From Selaginella moellendorffii (taxonomy: Eukaryota > Plantae > Lycopodiophyta), in contig NW_003314319.1 in the NCBI RefSeq assembly GCF_000143415.4, positions 1,182,361-1,246,360 on the forward strand: a stretch of 64,000 nucleotides of DNA. The letters run 5' to 3'. A program made the position numbers and the translations under genes. Shown here one piece after another: positions 41,701-52,869 of this stretch. Under the pieces are notes generated by a model, which saw only the letters and a program-made list of their open reading frames with translations, was not told the origin of the DNA and made no database searches. How positions within the stretch are numbered: the first letter of the stretch is position 1; the number at the start of each line of letters is the position of its first letter.

Positions 41701-42476
41701 TATACAATTGCAGCAAGGCAAAAGGAATATGGCAATAGGCTAGTAGGGGCCAAAGATGGCATGAGGCCTCATGCCATCTTGATATACACACAGTTGCAGG
41801 CAAGTAAAAACATACATGACAATACGCTAGCCATGAAATTGCAAGGGCCCAAGATGGCATGTGGCCTCATGCCATTTCTAAATGTGGTCCTAAGCCATTC
41901 CATGGTGAACATACTAGGAAGCACAAGTGCCGAATATCAAGAGGAAGCGGTAGCCACACCAAAGACAGTGTCGCTCGCAACACCGCAACTACTCGTAGCG
42001 CCGCTCGCAACACCGCAACTGCTCGTAGCGCCGCTCGCACAAACTGCCACTCGCATAAACTGCCGCTCGCAATGGCGCTCGCAATGCTACAACCGCTCGT
42101 AGACGCATAAACCACAGCCCACAACGCCGCTTACACAAGCAGCGCTCACTGCGCTCAGCGGAACCAAGAACACGGCGCACAAAAATGATAGACCTAGGAA
42201 TGATTTTGAGAATTCAAAAATAACACACGCTTGAACGTCACATCAAATCCTCTGACAAACCAGATCTTATGATTCCTCTGACAAATTTCAAACTGAGTAG
42301 CTTCTAGACTTTGCTGTCGAAGGTTGAACTTTGTTACATCATGTCCTTGCCTCGATCCAGCTGTGCCATGTCAGTGATTCAAACTTTGCCATGCCATGTC
42401 AGCGATCCGCGCCAAGATTATTCGCCGTGTAAAGGAATAATTATGCTGTGTGTGTACGTCCATTTATGGCAATATA

Positions 42477-43825
42477 AGGCCACACGCCATTCAAAGAATA
42501 ATGCTAGTCGAGCATTTTTTGGTGCATTTTTGGGTTCAAAATTGCATGAGCCCACACGCTATAAAGTTTACCTGTACCAAAAATAGAAACAGCTTTATTT
42601 ACTTGGGAATTTAAGTGGTTGAGGCATTTTTAAACTTACAAACATATGCCCTACTTACATTCCTTTGGTTGCTTAAAATTCAAAAATATTATAAACCTTT
42701 CTTTTTGCATTTTCAATGTTTTCAATTATGGTTTTTGATTTTCGCAGGACCAGCCTAGTAATCTATTTGCATCCCGTCATGTTTATAGCTAGCTTTCGTT
42801 TGTCCCCTTCGCTAGCCTGAGATACATCTGCTCGGCATCTGCCTCTTACAGCATTTGCCCAGAAAGGGCATCTTTCTTCACGCAGCATTTGCCACATGTT
42901 TAGGGTTTAGGGTTTAGGGTTTAGCAATTCAGTAGCTTGATAAACATGCAAATACAGAACTTGATGCAAAATCCTTTGATATGTCACAATGCCCCTAGGA
43001 CCATAAACACATTTCAATAGAGAGGGTCCTTTCATTTCATAACTCCTTACGTAGATCTTGGTGAAACCAGAGTTAGTGAAGTTAGTTTCTTGTGATCCCG
43101 CATCTGATTGTGATGTCCCTTTGCAGTGTCAATGGAAAGGTCAATGCACACCAAACTGTAAAATCTTGGAGCAAAATAACGGTCGAATCTATGGCAAATT
43201 CCCCTGAAACATTGTAAGGCTCGTGTGGTCTCATGTGGTGTCCGATCGAGATGCTTTTTTGCAGGGTCATCAAGAAAGACATTGTATACCATTCTGTAAA
43301 ATCTAGTTGCGATCTAACGGTTGGATCTCCAGAAAACTCAAAAAAATCTCGCGCGTGTTAGAATATTCTAGGAATATACTCCTATGTGCCCCTAAAAATG
43401 GCATGTGGCCCCACGCCATTCAAGAGATAATGCCAGATGACGCCGAGAATTTTTTGGTGCATTTTTTGGGTTCAAAATTGCATGAGCCCACACGCTATAA
43501 AGTTTATCTTTGCCAAATAGAGAAAAGTTTATCTGTGTCATGTGAGGTAGTTACAGTTCTTTGTGCTCGGCATCTACCTCTTGCAGCATTTGCACTGAAA
43601 GGGAATTTTTCTCCATTCAGCATTTGGCCCTGAAAATGGCATGCGCCCACACGCCATTCAAGGAATAATGCCACAGGACGCCTGGATTTTTGGGTTTAAA
43701 ATGTTTAGGGTTTTTTGGGTTTTTTCAAAATATTTTGGGTCCAACGTTTTTTGGGTTTCTTTGGTTCAAAATTGCATGAGCCCACACGCTATAATATTGA
43801 TTTGAGAGAAAAATAGAAACAGATA
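42477..43825 (+). repeat. Three diverged direct-repeat blocks inside H
   Basis: CACGCCATTCAA...GGTTCAAAATTGCATGAGCCCACACGCTATAA...AAATAGA recurs at ~42480, ~43410 and ~43650. Confidence 0.8.
42899..42924 (+). repeat. Interstitial plant telomeric repeat (TTTAGGG x3 + TTTAG)
   Basis: Direct reading. Confidence 0.9.
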
Positions 43826-44737
43826 GAATTTCTTTATTTAGCTGAACATCTGCCATTTTTGGAAATACAAGATGCTTTGGAATATCCAATCATGCATGGT
43901 ATAAATATAGCGAGGGTATTAAATGATATCCCAATCATGATCTTTCTTTTGGATTTCGCGTGCATGCAGTCCGAGGAATGATGACGTTGCGGATTTCTTT
44001 TGGATTTTGCGTGCTTGCATGCGCGCGGCAATCCAGAAATTAATGGTGGCGCCCAAGTCCGAGGAATGATGACGTGGTGGGATTACCAACCGTTGTGACA
44101 TTTCGCGCGTGTGAGGTTAGGTTTTGCATTTTGCTTCGTACTCGCGCTCGCATCGCGCTCCCACTCGCGATCACGCTCACATTCGCGCTCATCTACCTTC
44201 TCTACAGGTTTCTTGTGTGCATCGGCGTCCACTCGCGCTTGCATCACACTCGCGCTCGCATCGCGCTCGTGTGCATCGGCGTCCACTTCAAGACACACCC
44301 AGTTTGTAACTTCGCCGCCAACTCCGCCGCCCACTCCGCCACCCACACGTAGCCCACTTGGCGTCCCGGGAGATTTCAGCGCCACTCTCCAACTGTAAGT
44401 GGCAGAGTAGCTTTGCTGCTACGATCCGCTGCACACACAGTGCACATTCGCCAGCGAGTCCGGCCTCGATTGTCACGGCCTCCATTCGGCTTCAAATGGT
44501 AAGTCTTTTAGGCCAAGTAGAAAATGGCATGAGGCCACATGCCATTCAGTAGCAACATTGGCATGCACTGATTGAGCTCTCGAGTGCAGTCCGGTTACAG
44601 ATGGCATGTAGCCTCACGCCATCTTAGGATGCAGCCTCAAGACATCTGATGCAGTGGTGAATGGCGTGTGGCCTCACGTTATTTCCAGCTGCTAGCTTTT
44701 CATCTGTCAGCTCTAATTGTTGTGCATTTCTGAACAG

Positions 44738-47700
44738 GCGAGGAATTGCGTTCTTAACACTCAGCATCCATAACATTCTACTCGCGACAAAAGTTGTTTT
44801 TGACAAATGGGTAGATGTGCTGAGGAGGTACCATGACGGGGAGTTGCTAAACTCAATGGGTGTGGAGGACGGCCGGAAGCCCAATGATTTGAAGCTCAAC
44901 GCCTTGCGTTTCTCGCGGTCTCTAGACGACGACAACCTTCTGACAGTGGCTAATGCTCTTCTACGTGGTGAGGTAGTCTTCAACAAGACCAAAATGACTC
45001 CCGGCCATATTGTGACATACGAGGACTTGTGCACGACTCTGAGAGCTCGTGCGCTATTGAAGGATTGGATCTTCGAGCAAGTGGCCGTGGAGAGGGTGAG
45101 CATCGACACCACGCAAGAGATGATGGAAGAGCTGGAGTTGTCAAATGAAGACATCGACGACTACGTGAAGGGGGCCCCCAAGTTCATCGATCTGCTGCGG
45201 GATGCCACGAAAAGTAAAGCTGAGAAGTTGGATCAGTATCCAAATTTCATTAAGAGGGATGTCGACCGTCGGCTTCAGAAACAGCTCGACCCCGCAGCAG
45301 AGGCCTATCGAGAACCTTACCGGGTATACGTGAATTTGGATGAGGATCAAAGGTGGAGGAGCATCGTTTCCCGCGGAGATGAGCAGGTCAAGAACATCTT
45401 TTGTGTGATGGACTTCACAAACGAGGAGATCACTCATGCAGACAAAGTCAGCTCCATCATTGACTTAATGGTGGGACTTGCGGAGGTGGAATCTTCAGTC
45501 CACTATATGATCTACGACTCCGAATCCTATCACAAGTTCTAGAAGGCCTTGAACAAGGTGAAGGCTCGGTTGAAAGGCAAGGAGATGCGGGAGATCCATG
45601 GGATAATGGCTAAGAAGAAGATACTGACGAATGTCCGCATCTTGACACTCGCCCTTGTTATTGGTCCTGCAGCAGAGTGGGACTGGAGTGACTTCCCAGC
45701 TTCGTTCAACAAGGCCGATCGAATTGATCTGAGGGAGGTCAATTTACCCGTGCCTGAGGAACTGAAGACGGCTATGGAGCTTTCGAATCCAAAGAAAGCT
45801 CCAGGTGCAGCATGGGAAATGCTCAGCTGGGTCTTCAACGCAATAGCGGGTGACTCCAAGGGCAAATGCGTTGTCGAGTACAACTGCAGCGGACTATTCT
45901 TTCAAGCCGCACTACTCAAGGGTGTCCCGTGTGTTGCGGTGACAAACTCCATTGAAGAGGTGACTTCAATGGAGCATATAATTACAGTTGCCAAAGAAAA
46001 ACAGTATCTTCTCTGCGAACCTGGTGAGTACGCACTTTAAGTTTAAATGTTATCTCACAAGCTCTATATGCAGGAGCATGGCCACCCCCAGATGCTGAAA
46101 CGGCGTTAACAGCTACTGATGTTAGGCCGAGCTCACAACCTGCACAAGGTAAGGTCACGTGAGGCCTCACGCCATTTTGATTATAGATCGTTGTGAATAT
46201 TCAAACATGAGGACTGAAAAGTGCACTGGTGGCGCGTCAAAGAAGGACAAACAGACAAGCAATAGGAAAAAAGGAGGTACAAATTATATTTGCAATGGCG
46301 TGTGGTCTCATGCCATTCCTTGCAAGAGACACTTCTTCAAAGGCAAAACAGGCAAGCACCAGCCAAGCTCAAACTGACAGTGGTCATAAAAAGTAAAAGC
46401 ACGTTGGACAGTCGTCGGGATCAGAGGCGTTTGATTCGAAAAGGAAGAAGGGCAACGAAAAGATGATAGGTAATGCCTCGCGGTTATGGCGTGTGTGCTC
46501 ATGCCATTCATTGCAGATCAAGGGCTAAGTGAAAGCAGCCAGTCACCACCTCCTGACTCAGATTCCTATGGCGGACTCCCCTTCCCCAATCTCAATGGAG
46601 AGGTACAATGGATGAGGGATGCTTTTCAAGTCAGGGCCACGTTTTTCTCATCTTGTCGTCTTCGAAGGGTGCAAAAACGTGCAGAAACCATGTTAAGACA
46701 GTCGGGTGAGGATACGGTCCTAGGTCAAGCACTAAAACAGGCTATGGATGTCTTGTATTTTGAGATGGAGACTCGGCTAAATGATTTTCCCAAGATGGTC
46801 CTGGAAGAACAAGCCATCCAGCCTGAGCAGCCTATGGAAGAAATGCAGGAGGGGGATGAGGAGCCAGAGAAAGATAATGAGCAAGAAGAGCAGAAGGACG
46901 AAGAGGAGGACAAAGAAAAGGAGGACGAAGAAGAGGAGGACGAAGAAGAGGAGGACGAAGAGGACTTGGATGGTCCTCACAATGGTGACGATCACAATAA
47001 CGACGATGACGATGATGACGACGATGGCCAGCCTGAGGTGGCCAAAGAGCAGCGGAGGAAGGTCATACAAGACAAACCATCAGGTAAATAATAGTACATC
47101 CATTCCTAACCTTTTACCATTTCTAACATTGTCCATGTAGGTCGCAGAAGAAATGGTAAGTAGAGATTATTCAGTTGAATTAAGATACAAACTCTAGCCT
47201 TTAGTGTTGAGGAAGGATAGTGCCAAGCAAGGGTCGAAACGTATGTCCAATCCTTCAGAGTCAGCAGTGCGCCCAAGTGATATCGGTCCTAGTTCCTCAA
47301 TAGCAGTTGATGGTAAATACAGTATAATCGATTCAATGTGCTAATGAGTTTGTTTTTAGTAGCACGGGAGGATACCATCTCAATCGAAGGGAGATATTTG
47401 GACATGCATATGGATCCGCCAGTGGACTCTACTTGCCTGCAAGAGTCATCAGAGCTGGTGGAGGCTACTATCCATATTAACGCCAAGCAAGCTGACCACA
47501 CTCCACTTGATGCTACCCATACCACTGAGTCAATCTTGTCCACGTATCCAATTGATGGTGACCAGGCGCCATTGGACCCGCATGAGGCCGCCCCAGCCGC
47601 CGAGCCGGTCGTATCCTCATTTCCAACGTGTGCCCAATCGTCTGACTACGCGCCATTGGAACCTCCCTACACCGCCCCTGCTGCTTGTTCGGTCATGTCC

Positions 47701-48845
47701 ACTTTGCCAACGGAGGCACCAGTTGAAATGGCGTGTGATCACACGCCATCAGAACCACCCCATGCCACTATGGAGCCAGTTGTACCAGAGTCTACAGCTG
47801 AAATGGCATGTGCCCACACGCCATCGGATGCAATTGACCCCACATTGCAGAGGAGAGTATTTCCGCCCTTCACGTTTCCTCAACCAAAACCCTCTGAACG
47901 ACCATCGGGAGCACCATTCGCTAATATTGTAGATGGTAAAATTGACTTGTACCATTTTTTATGCTGACGCATTTCATTTCAGAGTCACGGCGAAAGTACT
48001 GTATCGTTTTTGATCTGAACGGTGTCCTTTTCTCCCATGAGCGTGGCTCGTCCTCGAATGTCACTGCACCCTCCAAAGCCTGCGGTCGCAAGTTGGTCAA
48101 AAGAGACAGATTCACATTAATCACAGGGGAGAAACTGCGGGATCTAATAATGACCATGCGACACTTAAAACAGAGGGCCGGGTTCAATTTGCAATTGGGA
48201 GTTTGGACATCCATGATGCGCCACAATGCATTAACGTTGCTACAGATGATGCACGATCAGACGCGAGTAATATTACCATTTGACTTTCTCCTAACGCAGG
48301 AGGATTGCTTGACTATGGTCCATGTGAGGGGTAGCAAGCCCATCTTCGTCAAGGCAGAGGCTATAGTGATGAACCGGACTGCTAGGTCAAGTGAAATCCT
48401 CATCATCGATGACTCGCCGATTAAAACTGCAGCAAACACGCACACATATGCAGTGCACCCCATCTCTTGCAGTATGGAAACTAGGGAGAAGAAACCGTAT
48501 GTTCTGGGGGACCTTGCAAAACGGCTTGGAGCGATGGTGATAGAGAACCGGCCAGTCCAGGAGGTGGCTGCAGAAATCAACCAAATGGCAGATGGAACAG
48601 TATATCAGAAGCCATTTGATCGGACAGACACCAGTCATCATTTATGGCATGTATATTGTCTAGCCAAGCACTATCCGCATCTCCATAATCTGCTCAACCG
48701 GATGGGTTCTTCGACCACTGAACATGAGCGTGGACGTATTAGAGAAGAGATGGCATTACTATTGGGTTTAAATCCTGATAGTGTGGAGAGTGATGAAATT
48801 CCAAGATTATTGTATAGGCGTTGGAGGCAAAAAATAACAGTCTGA
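44738..48845 (+). pseudogene. Multi-exon cargo gene of H: helical region, MTase-like fold, acidic tract, FCP1-like HAD domain (one in-frame TAG at 45540)
   Basis: ORFs 44661 and 45549 are in the same frame. GT-AG mini-introns at 46024-46073, 46277-46326, 46470-46516, 47084-47140 and 47936-47982. E/D-rich tract at 46840-47030. Confidence 0.7.
47983..48845 (+). CDS. FCP1/SCP (NIF)-like HAD phosphatase domain, last exon
   Basis: IVFDLNGVL (motif I variant), LGVWTS (motif II), IFVK (motif III) and ILIIDDSPIK (motif IV), in the expected order. Confidence 0.75.
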
Positions 48846-49574
48846 GATGGCATGTATTTATTTAAAAATGTAACTTATTATGGCATGGGGTTCCATGCCA
48901 TTGTATTAATATTAAAAGACAATTCTTTGAGAGGATTTGCATTATACTAGAAGTGTTACAGCATGTTATTGGAAGTTTACGAAGTTGTTTTATTAATAAG
49001 GGGAAAGTAAAGATTGAATGGGGACTTGGGCTCCACCTAGACTTGGAGCAACTGAGCCAATATTAAAAGGATGGAAAGAAATTGGACGACAATGACAAGG
49101 AGAAGAGAGAGGTGAAGCAGTGGCAGGGGGAGGAGAAGTGATTGAGTAGACATTTCCTTGTTTAAAATAAAATGGCATGTGCCTCAATGCAGTTGAATTT
49201 TGTTATATTTATATACTATATAAAGGTTTGGAAACCTTATTTTACAAGTGGGATAATGACAATTCCCACTTTAACGAAATAGAGCTTTTCCCGAGTGTTC
49301 AAAGAGAGGGCTTTGAACGAAAGTCAATGATTGAGGACTTTCACGCTTATGCACGAACCATGTTACAGTGGCCGGATGACTTGCTAAGTGAGATTGGCAA
49401 GTCAGGGGGAACAAATACCCTAGTTGAAAGTGCTAACTTCAAAAAGGGTGGCCCATGGGGCCAAGCATGGAGGAGTCCATGCATGATCACAGATATGTCA
49501 AGTGAGAGGACTTGGCAGTGTGGGGGAACTAGGTTCCTAAGCTATGATCTATAGTGCTCTTTAAAAAATAGGTT

Positions 49575-49990
49575 GGTGCACCGGCGTGGGGAGTCACGCC
49601 AGGCATCTTGTGTGATGCCGTCCGTAGATGCATATACGGAGGTTGGGTTCGAGTCCCGACCCTCTAGTGCTTGGGTTCGAGTCCCAAATCACTAGGGCGT
49701 GGTGATGGTTTGGAATATGAGGACACTCATATTTCGGTGGTCATGGACTCTCAGTGGGGAGACTGGTTTGGGCACACCGCCAAGCGAGGGATGCCTCGGA
49801 GTCGTGATGCACGGTTAGATTGCTTAGTGTGAAAGCTCGGCATATCTAACTTGAACGCTTTGGTGCAAGTGGCACCAAGGACGTGGTGAGTGAGATGGGG
49901 ACACCTAATCTCAGTTGCTATGGACCCTTGGCCGGAAGGGCTGGCTTGGGCGCACCGCCAAGTGTGGGGGATGCCCCCGGGGTCGTAGTT
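49575..49990 (+). other. Hairpin-dense core of the family-A internal region (also ~7280-7690 +, ~11010-11420 -, ~28370-28775 -)
   Basis: Five abutting stem-loops at 49583-49695, two with TTCGAGT loops; further hairpins downstream. Confidence 0.65.
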
Positions 49991-51022
49991 AACAAGTTAA
50001 AGGTCTGGAAGACCTAGTACCTATTGGCAAACCTGTTAAGGTGCCGAGGTGAGATCACTAGGTGATCTTGTGGCTAAATAAGGATAAGGTCCTTGTTTGG
50101 GTTAAGGAATAAGGTTCCTAGTTCAAAGTGTTGATTTGAACTATTGATGATGGTGTGGCTTGGTCAAGGTGACCAAGTGGGAAAAGCACCTTAGGGAAAT
50201 GAGTTATGTCATTGCGATGGCATAGTGTATCCAAGGAAAGTAATCTCTATAAGAGACCCATGGGAGGGTCACAAAGTTGGGCCGTGGATAGAGCCCACAG
50301 CAGAAGATGCTAAAAGAGACTTACTAGGGGTGAACACCCTAGTCTTGGCAAAGCAGAGCTTTTGCTATGGAATCAAAAGAATACCTCAAGGAGGGAGGTA
50401 GAGATTCGATGTTGCTTAGTGCAACAATCAATGGATAGGAGCAAAAGATGAGTGGCTAAGATAGGGCCGTGGAATCCCTTGGAAGGAATCCAAGTGACAA
50501 AGTTAGGCGAGGAACACTAATGTGTTGGACACTAACAAATTGCGGGGAAGGAAGTGTGTTTTCAAGGATGGATTCCGAATTGCTCCGATTTGGCAAAACT
50601 GGAAGCTCCAAGGGAGGGAGCGGTAAGGTAGCCAAATGATAGGGCCATGGACAGCCCTAGCACAAAGTATGATAAATGGAACTTAGTGCCCAAGGTGGCA
50701 CGAAATAGAAGAGAGGATGATGGTGCCCTCAAGTAAATAATGAGCTTCCTAGGATGGGGGAAGTGGAGTTGCACAATTTGTGCAATGCAAGGTGTTGGAG
50801 ACACCTAGGAAATTGACTTCCAAAAGTCAAAAGAGTAAAAGTTCCAAGGTGCAAATGTTCAATAAATGGAAATTGAGACTACTCGAGAAGGAGTAGTGGG
50901 ATTGACTTAGAGAAGGGTCTCTAAGAGGTTTAGCGAGAACTAAACCAATAAAAGGAGAGAACCACTACATGTGGTCCAATCAGTCTCTAAGTTGGAGAGA
51001 CTACCCTCCTTAGAGGATAGGC

Positions 51023-51155
51023 AAGGCATGGTGAGCTTTTGGTGTCAAACCATTGAGGCATATGCAAAAGGCATGGTGAGCCTTCAATGTCAAACCAATG
51101 ACGAATATGGAGAAGGCATGGTGAGCCTTCAATGTCAAACCATTGACAAATATTG
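51023..51155 (+). repeat. 45-bp tandem repeat x3 upstream of the PPT (also ~9855-9990)
   Basis: AAGGCATGGTGAGC at 51023, 51068 and 51113. Confidence 0.85.
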
Positions 51156-51706
51156 GCTAGGTGCCAAGGATAGAAATGGTAACACATGCGAGTGTTACTT
51201 TACAAAATGGTTTACCATTCGATGAGGACATCGAACTTCGTCTATGGGTGGTGGAGCTGTGAGACACAAAATCCCTAGGCCCCAAAGTGGAGCTGGAAGG
51301 GCGCCACGTGGTAGTGGCCGAAGCGAGAGCCAAACGAGCGTAACACGTTTGGACCAAAAGCTCCAACTTGAAAAGTCAAGAGCGGGAGTGGAACTCCCAA
51401 CGAAGTGCTCGAGGAACGAGCACGAAGCGAGCAAAAAGCGAGGCTCCAAAAAGGGACCCAAAAAGGACCAACACATGACACGTGGAAGTGTCCGAGATGG
51501 ACTCGAGTTGGAGGCCGAGATGGAGTCCGAGATGGAGTCCGAGATGGAGTCCGAGATGGAGTCCGAGAAGGAATCCAAGGTGGACCCGAGATAGACCCGA
51601 AATGGAGTCCAAGATGGAGTCCGAGATGGACCCGAGATGGAGTCCGAGATGGAGTCCGAGATGGACCCAAGATGGAGTCCGAAGTCGAGACCGAGACCGA
51701 GACCGG

Positions 51707-51762
<56 letters not shown>

Positions 51763-52869
51763 TCGGGACCGAGACCGAGACCGAGCCCGAGCCCGAGTCC
51801 GAGTCCGAGCCCGAGTCCGAGTCCGAGTCCGAGTCCGAGTCCGAGTCCGAGACCGAGTTCGAGTCTGAGAGGGTGAAAGCCCAAAGCGTTTGTCTCCCAG
51901 ACCCTGGGGGGTTTGGTGAGCTCCAAAAGTATAGTAGGGGGAGGACTGCAGTAGAGCCAGTTTGGCCAGGAAAGGCCAGTTTGGCACAGGAAGGCCGGAC
52001 CCAGTGTTGGGTGATGAGCTGCCCACTGGGAAGTCCAAGACTAGAGTGAACACAAGCCGACAAGCGGGGTAGCTTGGTGAAGTGTTCAAGAGCCGGCTCT
52101 ACTTCCCCCTTGAGATCGACTGTCCGATGCTCCCAGTCCAAGTGTGGGTGGTACTACCTACTTGGATACCTGTCGTGGCTCAACGGAACCTCGCTCTAAG
52201 CCCATGGCTAGAGCACCTAAAGGCGGAAGGCGAGGAGAGTACCCATGAGGCCCGCGTAGGGCCACGGTGTTCCGAAATGGTGTCCCAAAGTCCCAGACTG
52301 TGGAAAGGAAGAGGGGTAGCCCTCTGGTGGGGTGACCAAGGACACAGTCACACAGTGAGGAAGTCCTAGAGGATAGTGGGACTTAGTGGTTGGGCCGGTG
52401 GGCCTTGATCCAGTGGCAGTATTGGCGAACACAGCCAAGGACAAAAAGGGACTTGGTGGGGACCAGAACAGAGATATTGGGGAAGGCTATTCCCCATGTC
52501 TGTAGGCATCCTAAGGACGTTAAGGAGTGGATCTGGGATGATCCCTCATGGACAGATGACCCAGTCTTTGAGAGACGGGATGGGAATGCAGGTGGTGTTG
52601 GACCATTGGTGTGACCAAGGTGAATAGGTATGGCCTCAGCGTAACGGGCCGATATGTCGGTGGTACCTTGGGGTATCAATCATGGGATCGGACACGTGGA
52701 GCACTTAGACCAAGTGCAAAGGTTGAGTGGCATGGATGCCATTCTCGGGGCTAGCAAGCCCCAAGTCCTAATTGGGACTTATGGATGTTGTGAATGAGAC
52801 TCCTCCAAGTGGTCGGAGGTGTGGTTAAGTGACTAAAGTAAAATGGAAAAATTAGTCGCTTACACATAT

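Larger units (their letters stand above)
39191..49287. mobile_element. TIR DNA transposon H (10.1 kb), superfamily uncertain (Sola-like?)
   Basis: Perfect 22-bp inverted repeat GCTCTATTTCGTTAAAGTGGGA (39193-39214, 49264-49285). The empty site in sister copies is TAGTTCCCGAG, giving TSD TTCC (39187-39190, 49288-49291). Confidence 0.9.
34974..52864 (+). mobile_element. Family-A LTR element, copy G, inserted in E integrase and hosting DNA transposon H
   Basis: Perfect TSD CATAT (34969-34973, 52865-52869). Compound 5' LTR at 34974-36995. PBS 36999-37010. PPT 51241-51257. 3' LTR 51258-52864. Confidence 0.93.

Noticed and set aside
42899-42924. True chromosome end
   Set aside because: Fewer than four units, and internal to a TIR-bounded element.
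39417-49193. Palindromic repeats with unique intervening sequence as a CRISPR array
   Set aside because: Spacing is irregular (tens of bp to >1 kb), repeats are degenerate, there are no cas genes, and the context is eukaryotic.
49621-49695. tRNA gene or SINE at GGTTCGAGTCCC
   Set aside because: I could not build an acceptor stem, D-arm/A-box or 7-nt anticodon loop; kept only as T-loop-like hairpins.
3458-52141. Many 100-320 aa ORFs reading MESEMDPRWSPRW / LGLHLGSISDS / RTRTR
   Set aside because: They are stop-free translations of the LTR satellite in all six frames, and their length tracks array length.
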